Positions 17,396 to 27,420 of a DNA stretch of 52,192 nucleotides are shown here, in pieces (the first letter of the stretch is position 1; each line of letters starts with the position of its first letter). Under the pieces are notes generated by a model, which worked only from the letters and a program-made list of their open reading frames with translations, was not told the origin of the DNA and ran no database searches. A program made the translations under genes and the position numbers. Origin of the DNA: a virus (lineage: Duplodnaviria > Caudoviricetes); the IMG/VR virus record IMGVR_UViG_3300034166_000764, positions 1 through 52,192 of that record. One strand, given 5' to 3'.

Positions 17396-18171
17396 GTAAG
17401 AAAGTTAAATTTGAAAAAGCAGAGTTAGTTAAGTTAGATACTGACCTGTCTTATGATAGAATTAAAGCTTCTCTAGCTGCTGATAAGTCTAAAGAGAAGA
17501 TAATGGCTATTTATAACACTACCAATGATGGGGAGTGTAAGCAGTTAATTATGAATGATATACTGCTTTTAGAATCTAGAGAATTAGGGATAACCCCATT
17601 CAAAAGTTATGGTGCTAAAACTAACGCAGTAAATAAAATGTTAGAAGTTTATCCTTGCTGTCAGAAAACAGCATATTTAGTTTATGATGATGCTATGAAG
17701 AGAATAGTATCACTAATTAATGTTTCTAAGATAATTAAGAAATCTTTTGATGTTAGTGCTGATATTATCCAGAGGATTTATCAAGACTTAGGTTATATCG
17801 ATGATATGATCCAAGAAGAGAAGAGTTTAGAAGAACCAAACAGTAATAAGATATTGAGACTGATTGCTAACAAGCAAAGATACTATGACCAGTTACTTGT
17901 CTATGTCAAGATTTGCGGTGTTGATTTGTATAGTAAAACTTCTAGTAATTACATTGAGAAAGAGAAAGTAGAAGTAATGAAAGAGAAGGTAATGGCAGAT
18001 AGTAAATACCAACAAGCTGATATCGCTATTAGAGCTGAGAATCTAGTAGATACTGTTAATGACCTAGCTCAAGCTATTATGAGTGATAGAACTATGCTTA
18101 ATGCTCTAGAAGCTCATTACACTGTGTTAGAGGGGAATAATGGACAAAGAGACGTTAGTAGCGATACTTGA
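17392..18171 (+). CDS. Probable terminase small subunit
   Basis: Helical 259-aa ORF overlapping terL; call is positional. Confidence 0.5.
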   Translation: MSKKVKFEKAELVKLDTDLSYDRIKASLAADKSKEKIMAIYNTTNDGECKQLIMNDILLLESRELGITPFKSYGAKTNAVNKMLEVYPCCQKTAYLVYDDAMKRIVSLINVSKIIKKSFDVSADIIQRIYQDLGYIDDMIQEEKSLEEPNSNKILRLIANKQRYYDQLLVYVKICGVDLYSKTSSNYIEKEKVEVMKEKVMADSKYQQADIAIRAENLVDTVNDLAQAIMSDRTMLNALEAHYTVLEGNNGQRDVSSDT

Positions 18172-19813
18172 CAATCTAGCTAAAACTGATCCTCTTAAAT
18201 ATCAACAGATACTAAATACTACGAATGATGTAAGAGAGGCTAAACAAGTTAATAAACTGTTAAGGTTTGAGAAAACTAGAAAAGAACAGTTAGAGTTTAT
18301 CTATTCTGAATTTGATATTAACATAGCTCTATGTGGGAATCAGTGGGGTAAGACCACTTCTATGATGTTTCTACTAGCTGAGACTGCTACTGGGAATAAC
18401 CCTAAGGCTAGACATCAACCAGACCCTTCTAGGGATATGATGGTTTGGGTAATAGCTGAATCATGGGAAGTTATAACTAACACAGTACAGAAAGACTTGT
18501 TTACTTTCTTAGATCAGAAGTATATCTGTGAGAAAACTAGACCTGGTGTATTCACCACTGCTCTTAAGATAAAAGCACCTAATGGGGGTATTACCTCTGT
18601 TCAGTTTAAGACTATATCAGAGTCTAAGAAAGAAGAATCACAAGGTTTTGAGGGTAACAGGGTTCACTATGTATTTGTTGATGAAGGTATTAGACCTGAA
18701 CTGTTCCAAGATATACTTATCAGGATTGGTTCTTGTGATGGTCAGTTCTTCCAAGCGTTCACTAGACTTGCTAAGAACTACCACATGGCTTATCATCTAA
18801 TAGATTTAGAGAGAGGTAAAGGTGACTTTGCTCACTTGATAGCTGCTGGTAAAGTAAAGATAGTTAGAGGTTCTACTTTAGATAACATTTTCCTCTCCAA
18901 AAAACAGTTAGAGAATATGCAAGCTGCTGCTGGTATGGATATAACTACTGGTAAGATAGTTAATGAGCATTTATATAAAGCTAGAATACTTGGAGAATTA
19001 GACAGACCTGCAGGCTGTGTATTCAACTTTAGAGAAGAAGTTGATGGACAACCTTATAACACTATATCCTTCACTGAAATGGCTGGTATATGGGCTACTG
19101 AGAATGGTAGATGGGATCTACTACATGACTATGCTCAAGCTACTTATGCTTCATGGGTACTTATTTGGACTAGCCTTAAGACTGGTACTACTTATTTTAT
19201 TGATGAAGTTTATGCTAAGAATATGAGTTTACAAGAATCAGCAGAGAGATGTAACCAAATGCTGAACAGATGGGAAGCTTATAACAAGGTTAAGATATGC
19301 TTTGCTGATAGACAGATAACTAATCAAGGTATTAAAGAAAATAGAGTAGATGTTGATGTTACTATATTAAGTCAATACCTGTCTAAGAGTATGCCTAATG
19401 GTGAACCATGCTTCCACCCACACATGAGATGGCACTGTAGGCAATCAGATAAAAATAACATAGAACATACAGTTACCCTAATGCAAGAGCTTCTAGAGGA
19501 AGAGAACCCCCTCACACCTGGTAAATCATACCTTAGATATACCTGCAAAGCTGACCACTGTCAAAGAGAGATTAAATCATTAAGATGGGCTATTACCGAC
19601 AGCACTTCTAAATCAGATAAATCTTCTATGTATATAGGTGAAGATCACACGATTGACCCTACTAGATATTTTATAAATAACAAAGTTAATAAAACTATAT
19701 GGAAGAACAGATTTAAAATCTTTAATGATTCTAGAGAACAGTTTAAAGAAAATGAGTTAGCTTATTTAGCTGGTGCTAATGCTAACCCTTTATTTACTAA
19801 TTTAGGTTTATAA
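18140..19813 (+). CDS. terL: Terminase large subunit
   Basis: Walker A GNQWGKT, Walker B YVFVDE, STLDNIFLS, nuclease HDY and DHTIDPTRY. Confidence 0.9.
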   Translation: MDKETLVAILDNLAKTDPLKYQQILNTTNDVREAKQVNKLLRFEKTRKEQLEFIYSEFDINIALCGNQWGKTTSMMFLLAETATGNNPKARHQPDPSRDMMVWVIAESWEVITNTVQKDLFTFLDQKYICEKTRPGVFTTALKIKAPNGGITSVQFKTISESKKEESQGFEGNRVHYVFVDEGIRPELFQDILIRIGSCDGQFFQAFTRLAKNYHMAYHLIDLERGKGDFAHLIAAGKVKIVRGSTLDNIFLSKKQLENMQAAAGMDITTGKIVNEHLYKARILGELDRPAGCVFNFREEVDGQPYNTISFTEMAGIWATENGRWDLLHDYAQATYASWVLIWTSLKTGTTYFIDEVYAKNMSLQESAERCNQMLNRWEAYNKVKICFADRQITNQGIKENRVDVDVTILSQYLSKSMPNGEPCFHPHMRWHCRQSDKNNIEHTVTLMQELLEEENPLTPGKSYLRYTCKADHCQREIKSLRWAITDSTSKSDKSSMYIGEDHTIDPTRYFINNKVNKTIWKNRFKIFNDSREQFKENELAYLAGANANPLFTNLGL

Positions 19814-19816
19814 TTT

Positions 19817-19884
19817 TGTTGGTGGAGGGGGTTGAACCCTCGTACGTCTCACGTTAAGACACTTTACCATTAAGCTACACCAAC
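19817..19884 (-). ncRNA. tRNA-like RNA with shortened, non-canonical anticodon arm
   Basis: Acceptor stem GTTGGTG/CACCAAC, D arm with AATGGTA loop, T arm GAGGG-TTCAACC-CCCTC; only 19 nt between D and T arms; no encoded CCA. Confidence 0.75.
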
Positions 19885-19890
19885 ACATTA

Positions 19891-19899
19891 ATTATACCA
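19891..19899 (-). promoter_or_regulatory. Extended -10 promoter for the tRNA-like RNA
   Basis: TGGTATAAT ending 6 nt before the first acceptor-stem base. Confidence 0.65.
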
Positions 19900-19966
19900 C
19901 GATATTTAGATTTATAATAAATATCTTTAAAAAGAAACATTAAATTTTTTTCATCTCCATGTAACT

Positions 19967-19984
19967 TGTTATACTATATATAAT
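19967..19984 (+). promoter_or_regulatory. Late promoter -10 box variant before portal
   Basis: TGTTATACTATATATAAT then GTG; GTAAC lies adjacent rather than 14 nt upstream. Confidence 0.55.
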
Positions 19985-21901
19985 GTGGAAGATAAAAATA
20001 CTAAAAAGGAAGATGCAGCTATAAAAGCTATCTCTTCTTGTATAGATTTCACGGCTCAGTATTACCAAGACAGACTAGACTGCTACCGCAGATACGAAGG
20101 CGTACGTGAAGAACGCAAGACAGATACTAGAGACCAAGAATCAGATCATGTATATATCTCCCATGAACCAGCAAAACTAACAGAACAGCTTGTGTCTTTT
20201 TACACACAGGCTTTATTAAACGAGAACAATGAGAAAGTTTTTGATATTGCTCCTTACAACAATGTAGAGGCAGCAGCACAAGCCGAGGCAGTAGCTCTTC
20301 TCCTTAACTACTACTTAAGCAACATGAACACCCACGAGATACTAAGAAGTACGTTATTTGAAAGCGTACTTCTAGGAACAGGTATCTTAGAAGTATGTCA
20401 TAAGAAAATATATATTACAGAGATAGATAACAGTAAACCAGAGTTTATATCTGCTTTTGATGAAACTGGTAAACTAACTCAAAAACCTAACAATAGAGAA
20501 GTGCAGAAAGAGTGGTTATCTCAACCTTTTTTACAACACATTAGTTTAAATAACTTCTTTGTTGATAGTACAGCTACTAGCATGAATGATCTGCAAATAG
20601 CTTGTGTTAGAGAAATAATGAATTATAAAGACGTAGAAGCAATGAAAGATGCTTATGGTTTTAAGAACCTAGCTAAAGCCAAAGAAAGTGAGATTCCAGT
20701 TAGAACTAAGATGAATGGTTACTGGAACTATAACGGTACTAGAAAAAGAATAGGTACATACGATATAGACACATTATTAGACTATAATAAAAAAGACCTT
20801 AATAAAAAGAATCCTAAAGTAGAGTTAATAAAGATATACAGACCTGGTACTGTTCAGTTTGTTTTAAACAATGTAGTTATCTCTGATGAGGTTACTATCT
20901 ATCCTGGTGTTAGATTTCCATTCGTTATCTTTAAAAATGATCCTAAACCTAGAGAGTTCTTTGGTAGATCATCTATTGAATTAATTAAAAGAGATATTGA
21001 GTTCCATGAGGAGCTTATTGAATTAATGCATAAGTCTTATCTATTGCATTTAAAACCTACAATCTTTGCTGATGTTGGTGTAATGAATAAAGAGGCTATA
21101 GAATTATATAAAAACGGTAAGGGTGGAGAGATGATTAGCGTTCCGCTAGGCAATTCACCAATATTAGAAGTAAGAGGTGAAGCTCCTCAATCATCTGCTT
21201 TTGATTTTGCTAACAATTACGTTAAAAATGCTAAAGAAGCATTATCTATTAACCCTTTAATGGAAGGCTCAGGGCAAGATTTAGGCTCTGGTGTCCGTAC
21301 TGAAGGAAGCTTTGAATTACTATCTAGGATAGGATCTACTAGACTCCAATCACAACTAGCCATGTTTGTTAAAAACTTTGAGGATGTTGGTAGAATCCTT
21401 CTCCAGATAGCTAAGATATTTGCTGATAAGATGGTTTACATAACCTCTACTGGCGTATTAGGCGACACAGTAGAAAGATTTATTGATCCTGCTTCTGTGG
21501 ACACTAGAATTAAGTTTAAAGTAACTCTAGGATCTATAGCTGACCCTAGCAAAGCTTCTAAGACAATGCAAAGAATACAGTTATTAGACACTATTTCTAA
21601 GCTAGACAAGTTCCAGATATTTAGATCAGAGAAAGCACTAGCTGAAACTGCCATTAAGGCAGGTTTATTTGAAGATCCAGTAGGATTATGGGAAACTGAC
21701 CCAGAAGTCATACAAAATAAAGCTCAATATGCAGCTAGTTTAGCTGGTGTAGATAAAGCAGTAGTATCAGGCTTACCATCACCAAGTATGATGCAACAGT
21801 CAATGCAGGAAGGTCAAGAGGGGCAGGAACCACCACAACCTGAAGAGCCTCAACCAACACCGCAGGCTAGTAGTTTACCAAGACCAAACGAAGGAGTGTA
21901 A
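19985..21901 (+). CDS. Portal protein (podovirus/P22-like)
   Basis: 638 aa directly after terL; FPFVIF..P...FFGRS motif; P/Q-rich C-terminal tail. Confidence 0.8.
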   Translation: MEDKNTKKEDAAIKAISSCIDFTAQYYQDRLDCYRRYEGVREERKTDTRDQESDHVYISHEPAKLTEQLVSFYTQALLNENNEKVFDIAPYNNVEAAAQAEAVALLLNYYLSNMNTHEILRSTLFESVLLGTGILEVCHKKIYITEIDNSKPEFISAFDETGKLTQKPNNREVQKEWLSQPFLQHISLNNFFVDSTATSMNDLQIACVREIMNYKDVEAMKDAYGFKNLAKAKESEIPVRTKMNGYWNYNGTRKRIGTYDIDTLLDYNKKDLNKKNPKVELIKIYRPGTVQFVLNNVVISDEVTIYPGVRFPFVIFKNDPKPREFFGRSSIELIKRDIEFHEELIELMHKSYLLHLKPTIFADVGVMNKEAIELYKNGKGGEMISVPLGNSPILEVRGEAPQSSAFDFANNYVKNAKEALSINPLMEGSGQDLGSGVRTEGSFELLSRIGSTRLQSQLAMFVKNFEDVGRILLQIAKIFADKMVYITSTGVLGDTVERFIDPASVDTRIKFKVTLGSIADPSKASKTMQRIQLLDTISKLDKFQIFRSEKALAETAIKAGLFEDPVGLWETDPEVIQNKAQYAASLAGVDKAVVSGLPSPSMMQQSMQEGQEGQEPPQPEEPQPTPQASSLPRPNEGV

Positions 21902-22224
21902 TGATGATAGGGGATGATTCATTAAGACTACATAAACTAAAGCAGATAGTAACACTATTTGATAATGATATGTTTTTAGTTTTAATAGGTTTACTTAAGG
22001 ACGAGTTAGCTAAATTTGATGCTAACTATGAACAAAAGAATAAAGGTTTACTTCACTGTAATGTAAGTAATTTTTTTGAAGTAAAAATAGAACAGGTTAA
22101 AGCTTTGGGGGGGTTCGAAGCTTTAAATTTAGTTCTAGATAGATACTTCGATTTAGATGCTGTACTAAATAGTATAGACAAATTAGAGAGAGAAAGAGAA
22201 AGGGGAAACAATGCAAGGGCCTAG
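21901..22224 (+). CDS. Hypothetical protein
   Basis: 107-aa ORF coupled to portal. Confidence 0.65.
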   Translation: MMIGDDSLRLHKLKQIVTLFDNDMFLVLIGLLKDELAKFDANYEQKNKGLLHCNVSNFFEVKIEQVKALGGFEALNLVLDRYFDLDAVLNSIDKLERERERGNNARA

Positions 22225-22591
22225 AAATAAGGAAACAAGAAGAAAAATAGAGGAAGCTCAACCACAGGTAAGTATGGCAGCTATCAAATCAGTACCATTT
22301 ACACCAGTAGGAAACAATATAGTTATTAAAAGAGTAACACAAATAGTCCTAGCTAGTGGAATCATCTTACCTAATGCAACTAGCAGTAGTCAGGTTTATC
22401 AGAACTACTATGTGCATGAGATATCAGATGAACTAAAAGAATGGGCTGATAAAATTGGTTTAAAACCAGAGATGGAAATAGACTTCTTTTCTCATGTTCA
22501 GTCTGTAGATTTTGCAGGGCATGAGACAGAAACTGTAGCAACTAGATATTTTTATGCAGAACCGCATAATATTTTAGGAATTAAAAAATAA
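22211..22591 (+). CDS. GroES-like co-chaperonin
   Basis: FTPVGNNIVIKR...ASGIILP mobile-loop motif and NILGI C-terminus. Confidence 0.65.
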   Translation: MQGPRNKETRRKIEEAQPQVSMAAIKSVPFTPVGNNIVIKRVTQIVLASGIILPNATSSSQVYQNYYVHEISDELKEWADKIGLKPEMEIDFFSHVQSVDFAGHETETVATRYFYAEPHNILGIKK

Positions 22592-22602
22592 TTTCAATTT
22601 TA

Positions 22603-22633
22603 AGTAACAAAATGTAGCAAAGTGAAACACTAT
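22603..22633 (+). promoter_or_regulatory. Putative phage late promoter 2
   Basis: AGTAAC-N14-TGAAACACTAT. Confidence 0.65.
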
Positions 22634-22649
22634 AAAAGGAAGAACGAAC

Positions 22650-23381
22650 ATGCGTTTTAAACATACTAGATACACAATAAATAACGAAGAACTATCAGAT
22701 GTAGGAGATGTTGGAGGTGGTGACGTATCTGCACCAGCAGAATCAGCAGCACCAGCTCAAGCAGCACCACAATATGACAGTGCAGCTATTATGTCATTGG
22801 TACAAGATAGCCTAAAGCCATACGAACAGAAGTTTAGTACAATGGATAAGCTAGCAAGCTTGTTTAATCCAGAAGCACAAAAGCCTGCCGATCCGTACCA
22901 GACTATTGACTATAATAATGCTTTACCAGCGATTCAAGATTTAAGAAATCAACTACCTAACTATCAATCAGAAGTAGAAGCTTTAAGACAGCAAGTACAA
23001 GATGCTCAAGCTATGGCTGGAAGGTATCAAACTGAACAGATAGTAAATCAGTTAGAGAATTATTTTGAAGAAAGGCATGTTGAAAAAGGCACTGTTCTTA
23101 AAGCAGCAGAGTTTTTAGTTCAACAAGATGCTCAAGCTCAGCAGTTCTTTAACAGATATGGTTACTACGATAATAACACTTTAATAAGAGCAGCTAACAC
23201 GATCAAAGATCAATTATTAGATTCTTTATCAGATCCTAATAGAATAGCTGATATTCAAAAACAATTAGCAAGAAAACAAGCTTTGGCTACTAACAGTATG
23301 CCTAGCTCAAATACGCAAAGCGTTGGCGGAAACTCGCCACAATTAGATGGGTTTCAGGATGGATATTCTGAGTACCTATAA
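22650..23381 (+). CDS. Capsid scaffolding protein
   Basis: Acidic, Q/A-rich coiled-coil immediately upstream of the major capsid gene. Confidence 0.65.
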   Translation: MRFKHTRYTINNEELSDVGDVGGGDVSAPAESAAPAQAAPQYDSAAIMSLVQDSLKPYEQKFSTMDKLASLFNPEAQKPADPYQTIDYNNALPAIQDLRNQLPNYQSEVEALRQQVQDAQAMAGRYQTEQIVNQLENYFEERHVEKGTVLKAAEFLVQQDAQAQQFFNRYGYYDNNTLIRAANTIKDQLLDSLSDPNRIADIQKQLARKQALATNSMPSSNTQSVGGNSPQLDGFQDGYSEYL

Positions 23382-23394
23382 CAAGGAGAAATAA

Positions 23395-24789
23395 ATGGCA
23401 GTAACAGAAACCACAGGTTTAGGTCAGCTTAATTTTAAGGGTGATGTAAGACACTCTAATATTATCATACCTAGCTTGGAAAATTCAATAAAAAAAGAAA
23501 ACTCTCCACTAGTATTAGTTAGGCAACTAGCTATTAATGGTGGTTCATACGCAAACAAACTAGCAAAGGATGAAAATTACGATGCTAGACCTTCAGTAAA
23601 ACTACCTGGTATCACTACTAAAGATCCAATCGTAAGTTGGACAGAGTTTGCATTACGCAGACCTCTATCTTTCGTAACTACTTCAGGTATCAACAACTCA
23701 ACTGACACTACTTTCACAATGGCAGATGCTAGTGTGTTAAGAAAAGAGCAAATCCTGTTCTTCCCAGTAGGAAAAGAGTGGATGAAAGTAACAGACATCA
23801 ACACTGGTACAAACACTGTAACAGTAGCTAGAAATCTAGGTGTAACCCAAAACACACCAAGAACTTTAGTTCCAGGTGGTGTAACAGCTAAATCTAAACA
23901 AACACACGCTTCTGGAGCTACTTTCCTTCCTTTAGCTACAGGTGTTGTGCATGGTAGTGTTTTTGGTGATACTCGTAAATATCAAGGTATTGAAGAGAGA
24001 GTAACAGCTACTCAAAACATCAGAAGCAATATGTCTATCAACAATGTTAGATATATTCAACAACAAAAAGACAGATCAAAACATACTCAGTGGCAATCTA
24101 GACAAGAGCAAGAAGTGTACTACATGGCTGAAGAGCTTGAAGCTACATTATTGTTTGGTGCAACTCACTATGATTCATTAGCTAGAGTAGGTGCTACAAC
24201 TGGTGCTTTATCAACTGGTACTGAAGATGCAGCTTTCACTTTAAGTGATGGTTTATTCAATGCTATTGAGACTTATGCTTCAGGTAACGTAATCACAGCT
24301 ACTTCTTTAGGTGGCCCAGTGTTAAGTTACGATGTAATCTCTGAATACATCAGAACTATTGATGCAGCTATTGGTACAAGTGAAAACACACTTCACATGT
24401 GTGGTTATAACACTTTCAAATCAATAGGTAGAATTGATAGCACTCTTAACAACATCAAATACGACCTTAAGTTTGACAAAGGTATGGAAGAGCAACGTAG
24501 AGGAACTAAAATCAGAACTATCGATACTCAGTTCGGTTCAGCTACATTCTACATTCACCCAATGTTCGACACAGCAGGTACAACTTATGCTAACAGAATC
24601 CTAACGATTCAGAAAGATAGGTTGAACATAGCAGCTCTAGAAGGTATGGAGTTCAAATGGTCTAAGGATTCAGGAGATCACGATTACAACGGTTACTCTG
24701 GTATTAAAAAATACTGTGAGGCTAACTTAGGTCTTCTACTTGCTTATGCTGATGAGCATTTCATTCTAGACGGTATCACACAACTGTAA
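23395..24789 (+). CDS. Major capsid protein
   Basis: 464 aa, strong AAGGAG RBS, ELEATLLFG, DGLF, IDTQFGSATFYIHPMF typical of HK97-fold capsid proteins. Confidence 0.8.
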   Translation: MAVTETTGLGQLNFKGDVRHSNIIIPSLENSIKKENSPLVLVRQLAINGGSYANKLAKDENYDARPSVKLPGITTKDPIVSWTEFALRRPLSFVTTSGINNSTDTTFTMADASVLRKEQILFFPVGKEWMKVTDINTGTNTVTVARNLGVTQNTPRTLVPGGVTAKSKQTHASGATFLPLATGVVHGSVFGDTRKYQGIEERVTATQNIRSNMSINNVRYIQQQKDRSKHTQWQSRQEQEVYYMAEELEATLLFGATHYDSLARVGATTGALSTGTEDAAFTLSDGLFNAIETYASGNVITATSLGGPVLSYDVISEYIRTIDAAIGTSENTLHMCGYNTFKSIGRIDSTLNNIKYDLKFDKGMEEQRRGTKIRTIDTQFGSATFYIHPMFDTAGTTYANRILTIQKDRLNIAALEGMEFKWSKDSGDHDYNGYSGIKKYCEANLGLLLAYADEHFILDGITQL

Positions 24790-24857
24790 TTTAGTAAAGA
24801 TTAAAGGGGGCTGACTGCGGAGCGGGAAGCCTCCTCCAATTAAAGGGGATAATTAAA

Positions 24858-25454
24858 ATGGCAAAACTAACAAAATTTAAAGTAACTACACCGTTTCCAT
24901 TAGTGGCAGCTTGTGTAGTAGGATTATTTGAGTACCAAAGAGAGTACGAGAATATATGGAAAAGAACTAAAGAGATTGATTTTAAAGTAGACTGTAAGAA
25001 AACTACTTTATCTAATGAACTATTAAGAACTGTAGCTAACAAACCGTGGAATATTCACGAGTATGCTTTTGATTTAACTAAGATAAGCAGAAATGACGCT
25101 AAGAATCCAAACCCAGTAACACTATTTGATGTATTAGATTGGATGGTAACTAACTATGACGGTTACTTTAAATCTGGTGAAATTAGATTCGTACTTGACT
25201 TAGATGAGAATGGCAAGCCTACAGATAAAGAGTTAATTAAAGAATTAAAGATCCTACAAGATGATGAGCGTATCTCTTCTAGTAACTTCATTAGTTCAGA
25301 AATATTAATCAAGATCAAGAGTGCTGCACCTATCAGCTTAAGCATAGGTAACATTGATGATTCTCAAGTGGATTCACTGCAAGACATCAAAGATCAAATT
25401 CAAACTAACGTAGGCAATAAGAAAGACAAACTAGCAGTATCTATCGATGGCTAA
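24858..25454 (+). CDS. Hypothetical protein (head module)
   Basis: 198-aa ORF after capsid. Confidence 0.65.
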   Translation: MAKLTKFKVTTPFPLVAACVVGLFEYQREYENIWKRTKEIDFKVDCKKTTLSNELLRTVANKPWNIHEYAFDLTKISRNDAKNPNPVTLFDVLDWMVTNYDGYFKSGEIRFVLDLDENGKPTDKELIKELKILQDDERISSSNFISSEILIKIKSAAPISLSIGNIDDSQVDSLQDIKDQIQTNVGNKKDKLAVSIDG

Positions 25455-26151
25455 TATAAGAGAAAATGATTTCAAGAATAAAGTAGCTTTAGCTTTAAGA
25501 CTAAGGGGTGAGGAAGACTCATCCCTAGTTGAATTAATCATAGAGTTAGCTGTTAAAGACATTTTTAGAGAACTTGGCAGTGATATAGGTACTAGAACTG
25601 TCTATAACCTATCTATAACTAATGAAGATAATAGCGGATACACATTCTCTAGGATTTATTTACCTGAAGATGCTTTATTCCTAAGATCACTTTTTATCAA
25701 TGATGAAGAGCTAATCTGTATAGACCAGAGAGAAGGATTAAAACAAAAGCTTAATATAACATCTACTGCTGGTAAGTTTGTAGGAACTATTCACACTTCC
25801 GAAACAGGTAGATTATATGTAGAACTAACAACTACTTATACTGTAGATGAAGCAGAGCCACCAGTTATATCATGTATTTACAGAGTAAACTATAAAGATA
25901 TTACTTACATACCAGAAGCTTATTTTGATAACTTGCTATATGCTTGTGTATATCACTACAGATGTTTATATGAGTATTCAGACCTAGACTCTTTCAAGAT
26001 ATCTAAAGCTAACTACGATAAAAGACTAAATGATTTAAGAAGTTTAACTAATAATGCTACAGGTGCAGATAAGAATAAATTTCCTTATGAAGTGCTGTGG
26101 CAACAAAACACAGAGTGGTTATACGCTGGTAACAGAGGCGAACACTACTAA
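25447..26151 (+). CDS. Probable head-tail adaptor / tail tubular protein A
   Basis: Size, position and YLPED...IPEAYFDNLLYAC pattern. Confidence 0.55.
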   Translation: MANIRENDFKNKVALALRLRGEEDSSLVELIIELAVKDIFRELGSDIGTRTVYNLSITNEDNSGYTFSRIYLPEDALFLRSLFINDEELICIDQREGLKQKLNITSTAGKFVGTIHTSETGRLYVELTTTYTVDEAEPPVISCIYRVNYKDITYIPEAYFDNLLYACVYHYRCLYEYSDLDSFKISKANYDKRLNDLRSLTNNATGADKNKFPYEVLWQQNTEWLYAGNRGEHY

Positions 26152-26163
26152 AAGGAATGAACC

Positions 26164-26628
26164 ATGAAATTAAGCGAGCAAGGGGAAACACTTTTACACA
26201 CAAGGGAGATCTCCAGATCACCAAACCTAACAGCTTACAAAGACACTGTAGGAGTGTGGACGATAGCGTATGGAAACACATTCTACGCAAACGGTACTCC
26301 TGTCAAGGCAGGGGATAAGATAACTAAAGCTGAAGCCGATAAGCTGTTTAAAGATATTTTATCACAGTTTGAAGGTAAAGTCAAGAAACTAATAGACGTT
26401 ACTAAATTAAATCAGAATCAATATGATGCACTTATCAGTTTAGTATATAACATTGGTACAGGTGCTTTTGGTACTTCTACGCTAAGAAAGTTAATTAATG
26501 ATGGCAAGCTTGTAGAAGCTTCTATAGAGTTTTTAAGATGGAGATTTCCTAATGAGATATTTTCTAGAAGACTAGCGGAAGCTAGACAGTTCGCAGGAGT
26601 AGGTTTTACAGCTAGGTATGGTGCATAA
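26164..26628 (+). CDS. Endolysin, GH24 lysozyme
   Basis: E...AYKDTVGVWTIAYGNT, NQNQYDALISLVYNIG, RRLAE. Confidence 0.9.
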   Translation: MKLSEQGETLLHTREISRSPNLTAYKDTVGVWTIAYGNTFYANGTPVKAGDKITKAEADKLFKDILSQFEGKVKKLIDVTKLNQNQYDALISLVYNIGTGAFGTSTLRKLINDGKLVEASIEFLRWRFPNEIFSRRLAEARQFAGVGFTARYGA

Positions 26629-27038
26629 TGAAAGTTGAGATGATTGGTTTTGATATGAACACTGACTTAGATGTCACCTTTGCCGATAAGCAAATGTTTT
26701 TATTACTAACTAAATCAATCATGGTTAGAGTTACTGACACTAAACAACCTTCTCTACACTCATTTAGCTTTAGAATACCTAAAGGTACAGCATCAGACGG
26801 TGCTAGCAGACCTTTATGGTCAGCGTGGTTAATAGGTGAGAAAACTAAACAACATTACATAAGAGCTGCATTAGTACATGATTTCCTGTGTAGAGAAAAG
26901 ACTTTGCCTCAAAGATTAACTCACGGTATATTCAAAGAACTGCTTAAACAAGATGGTGTAAACCTAGTAACTAGAAATCTAATGTACGCAGCAGTAGTAG
27001 CTTACAACAAAGTAGGGAACTTGTCATGGAAGTGGTAA
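26628..27038 (+). CDS. DUF1353-like protein
   Basis: IPKGTASDGASRP...AALVHDFLC...FKELL...MYAAV. Confidence 0.75.
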   Translation: MKVEMIGFDMNTDLDVTFADKQMFLLLTKSIMVRVTDTKQPSLHSFSFRIPKGTASDGASRPLWSAWLIGEKTKQHYIRAALVHDFLCREKTLPQRLTHGIFKELLKQDGVNLVTRNLMYAAVVAYNKVGNLSWKW

Positions 27039-27064
27039 CAGCAGACACTAAAGTGTTATACTAT
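27034..27064 (+). promoter_or_regulatory. Putative phage late promoter 3
   Basis: GGTAAC-N14-TGTTATACTAT. Confidence 0.65.
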
Positions 27065-27074
27065 ATACATTAAG

Positions 27075-27230
27075 ATGTCTTCTTCAGGTGTAGAACTTAA
27101 ACTAGATTTAATGATAGAGCAAAAAGCTGTAACAGGTGGCATCCCATCGGACAGTTTTTACATTCTTCAAGAAGACAATTTTAAAATTCTTCAAGAAGAT
27201 AGTTTTGGGATATTAACAGAAAATGCCTGA
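27075..27230 (+). CDS. Small virion-associated peptide with ILQED repeats (51 aa)
   Basis: MSSSGVELK...YILQEDNFKILQEDSFGILTENA; below the ORF-track cutoff; follows a late promoter. Confidence 0.6.
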   Translation: MSSSGVELKLDLMIEQKAVTGGIPSDSFYILQEDNFKILQEDSFGILTENA

Positions 27231-27420
27231 TTCAAAAATATCTGGATTAACAGAGGGAACAGTTGTAGATCCAGCTAATGACTGGTTTGTTTATGTAGAC
27301 ACATCAGACACTACTCAAGATTTACTGACGGGGAGTACCAAAAAGTTACGTCCTAGTAATATACCAGCAAGCAGTAAAGCAATAGAAGAAATGAAAAGGA
27401 TAAGTTTCATCAGATCGTGA
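27223..27420 (+). CDS. Tail-fibre N-terminal-like small protein
   Basis: MPDSKISGLT...VDTSDTT...GSTKK. Confidence 0.55.
   Translation: MPDSKISGLTEGTVVDPANDWFVYVDTSDTTQDLLTGSTKKLRPSNIPASSKAIEEMKRISFIRS

Noticed and set aside
19817-19884. Functional tRNA-Arg(ACG) or attP site
   Set aside because: Anticodon arm is 3-4 nt short and lacks U33; no integrase recognised. Kept only as a tRNA-like RNA
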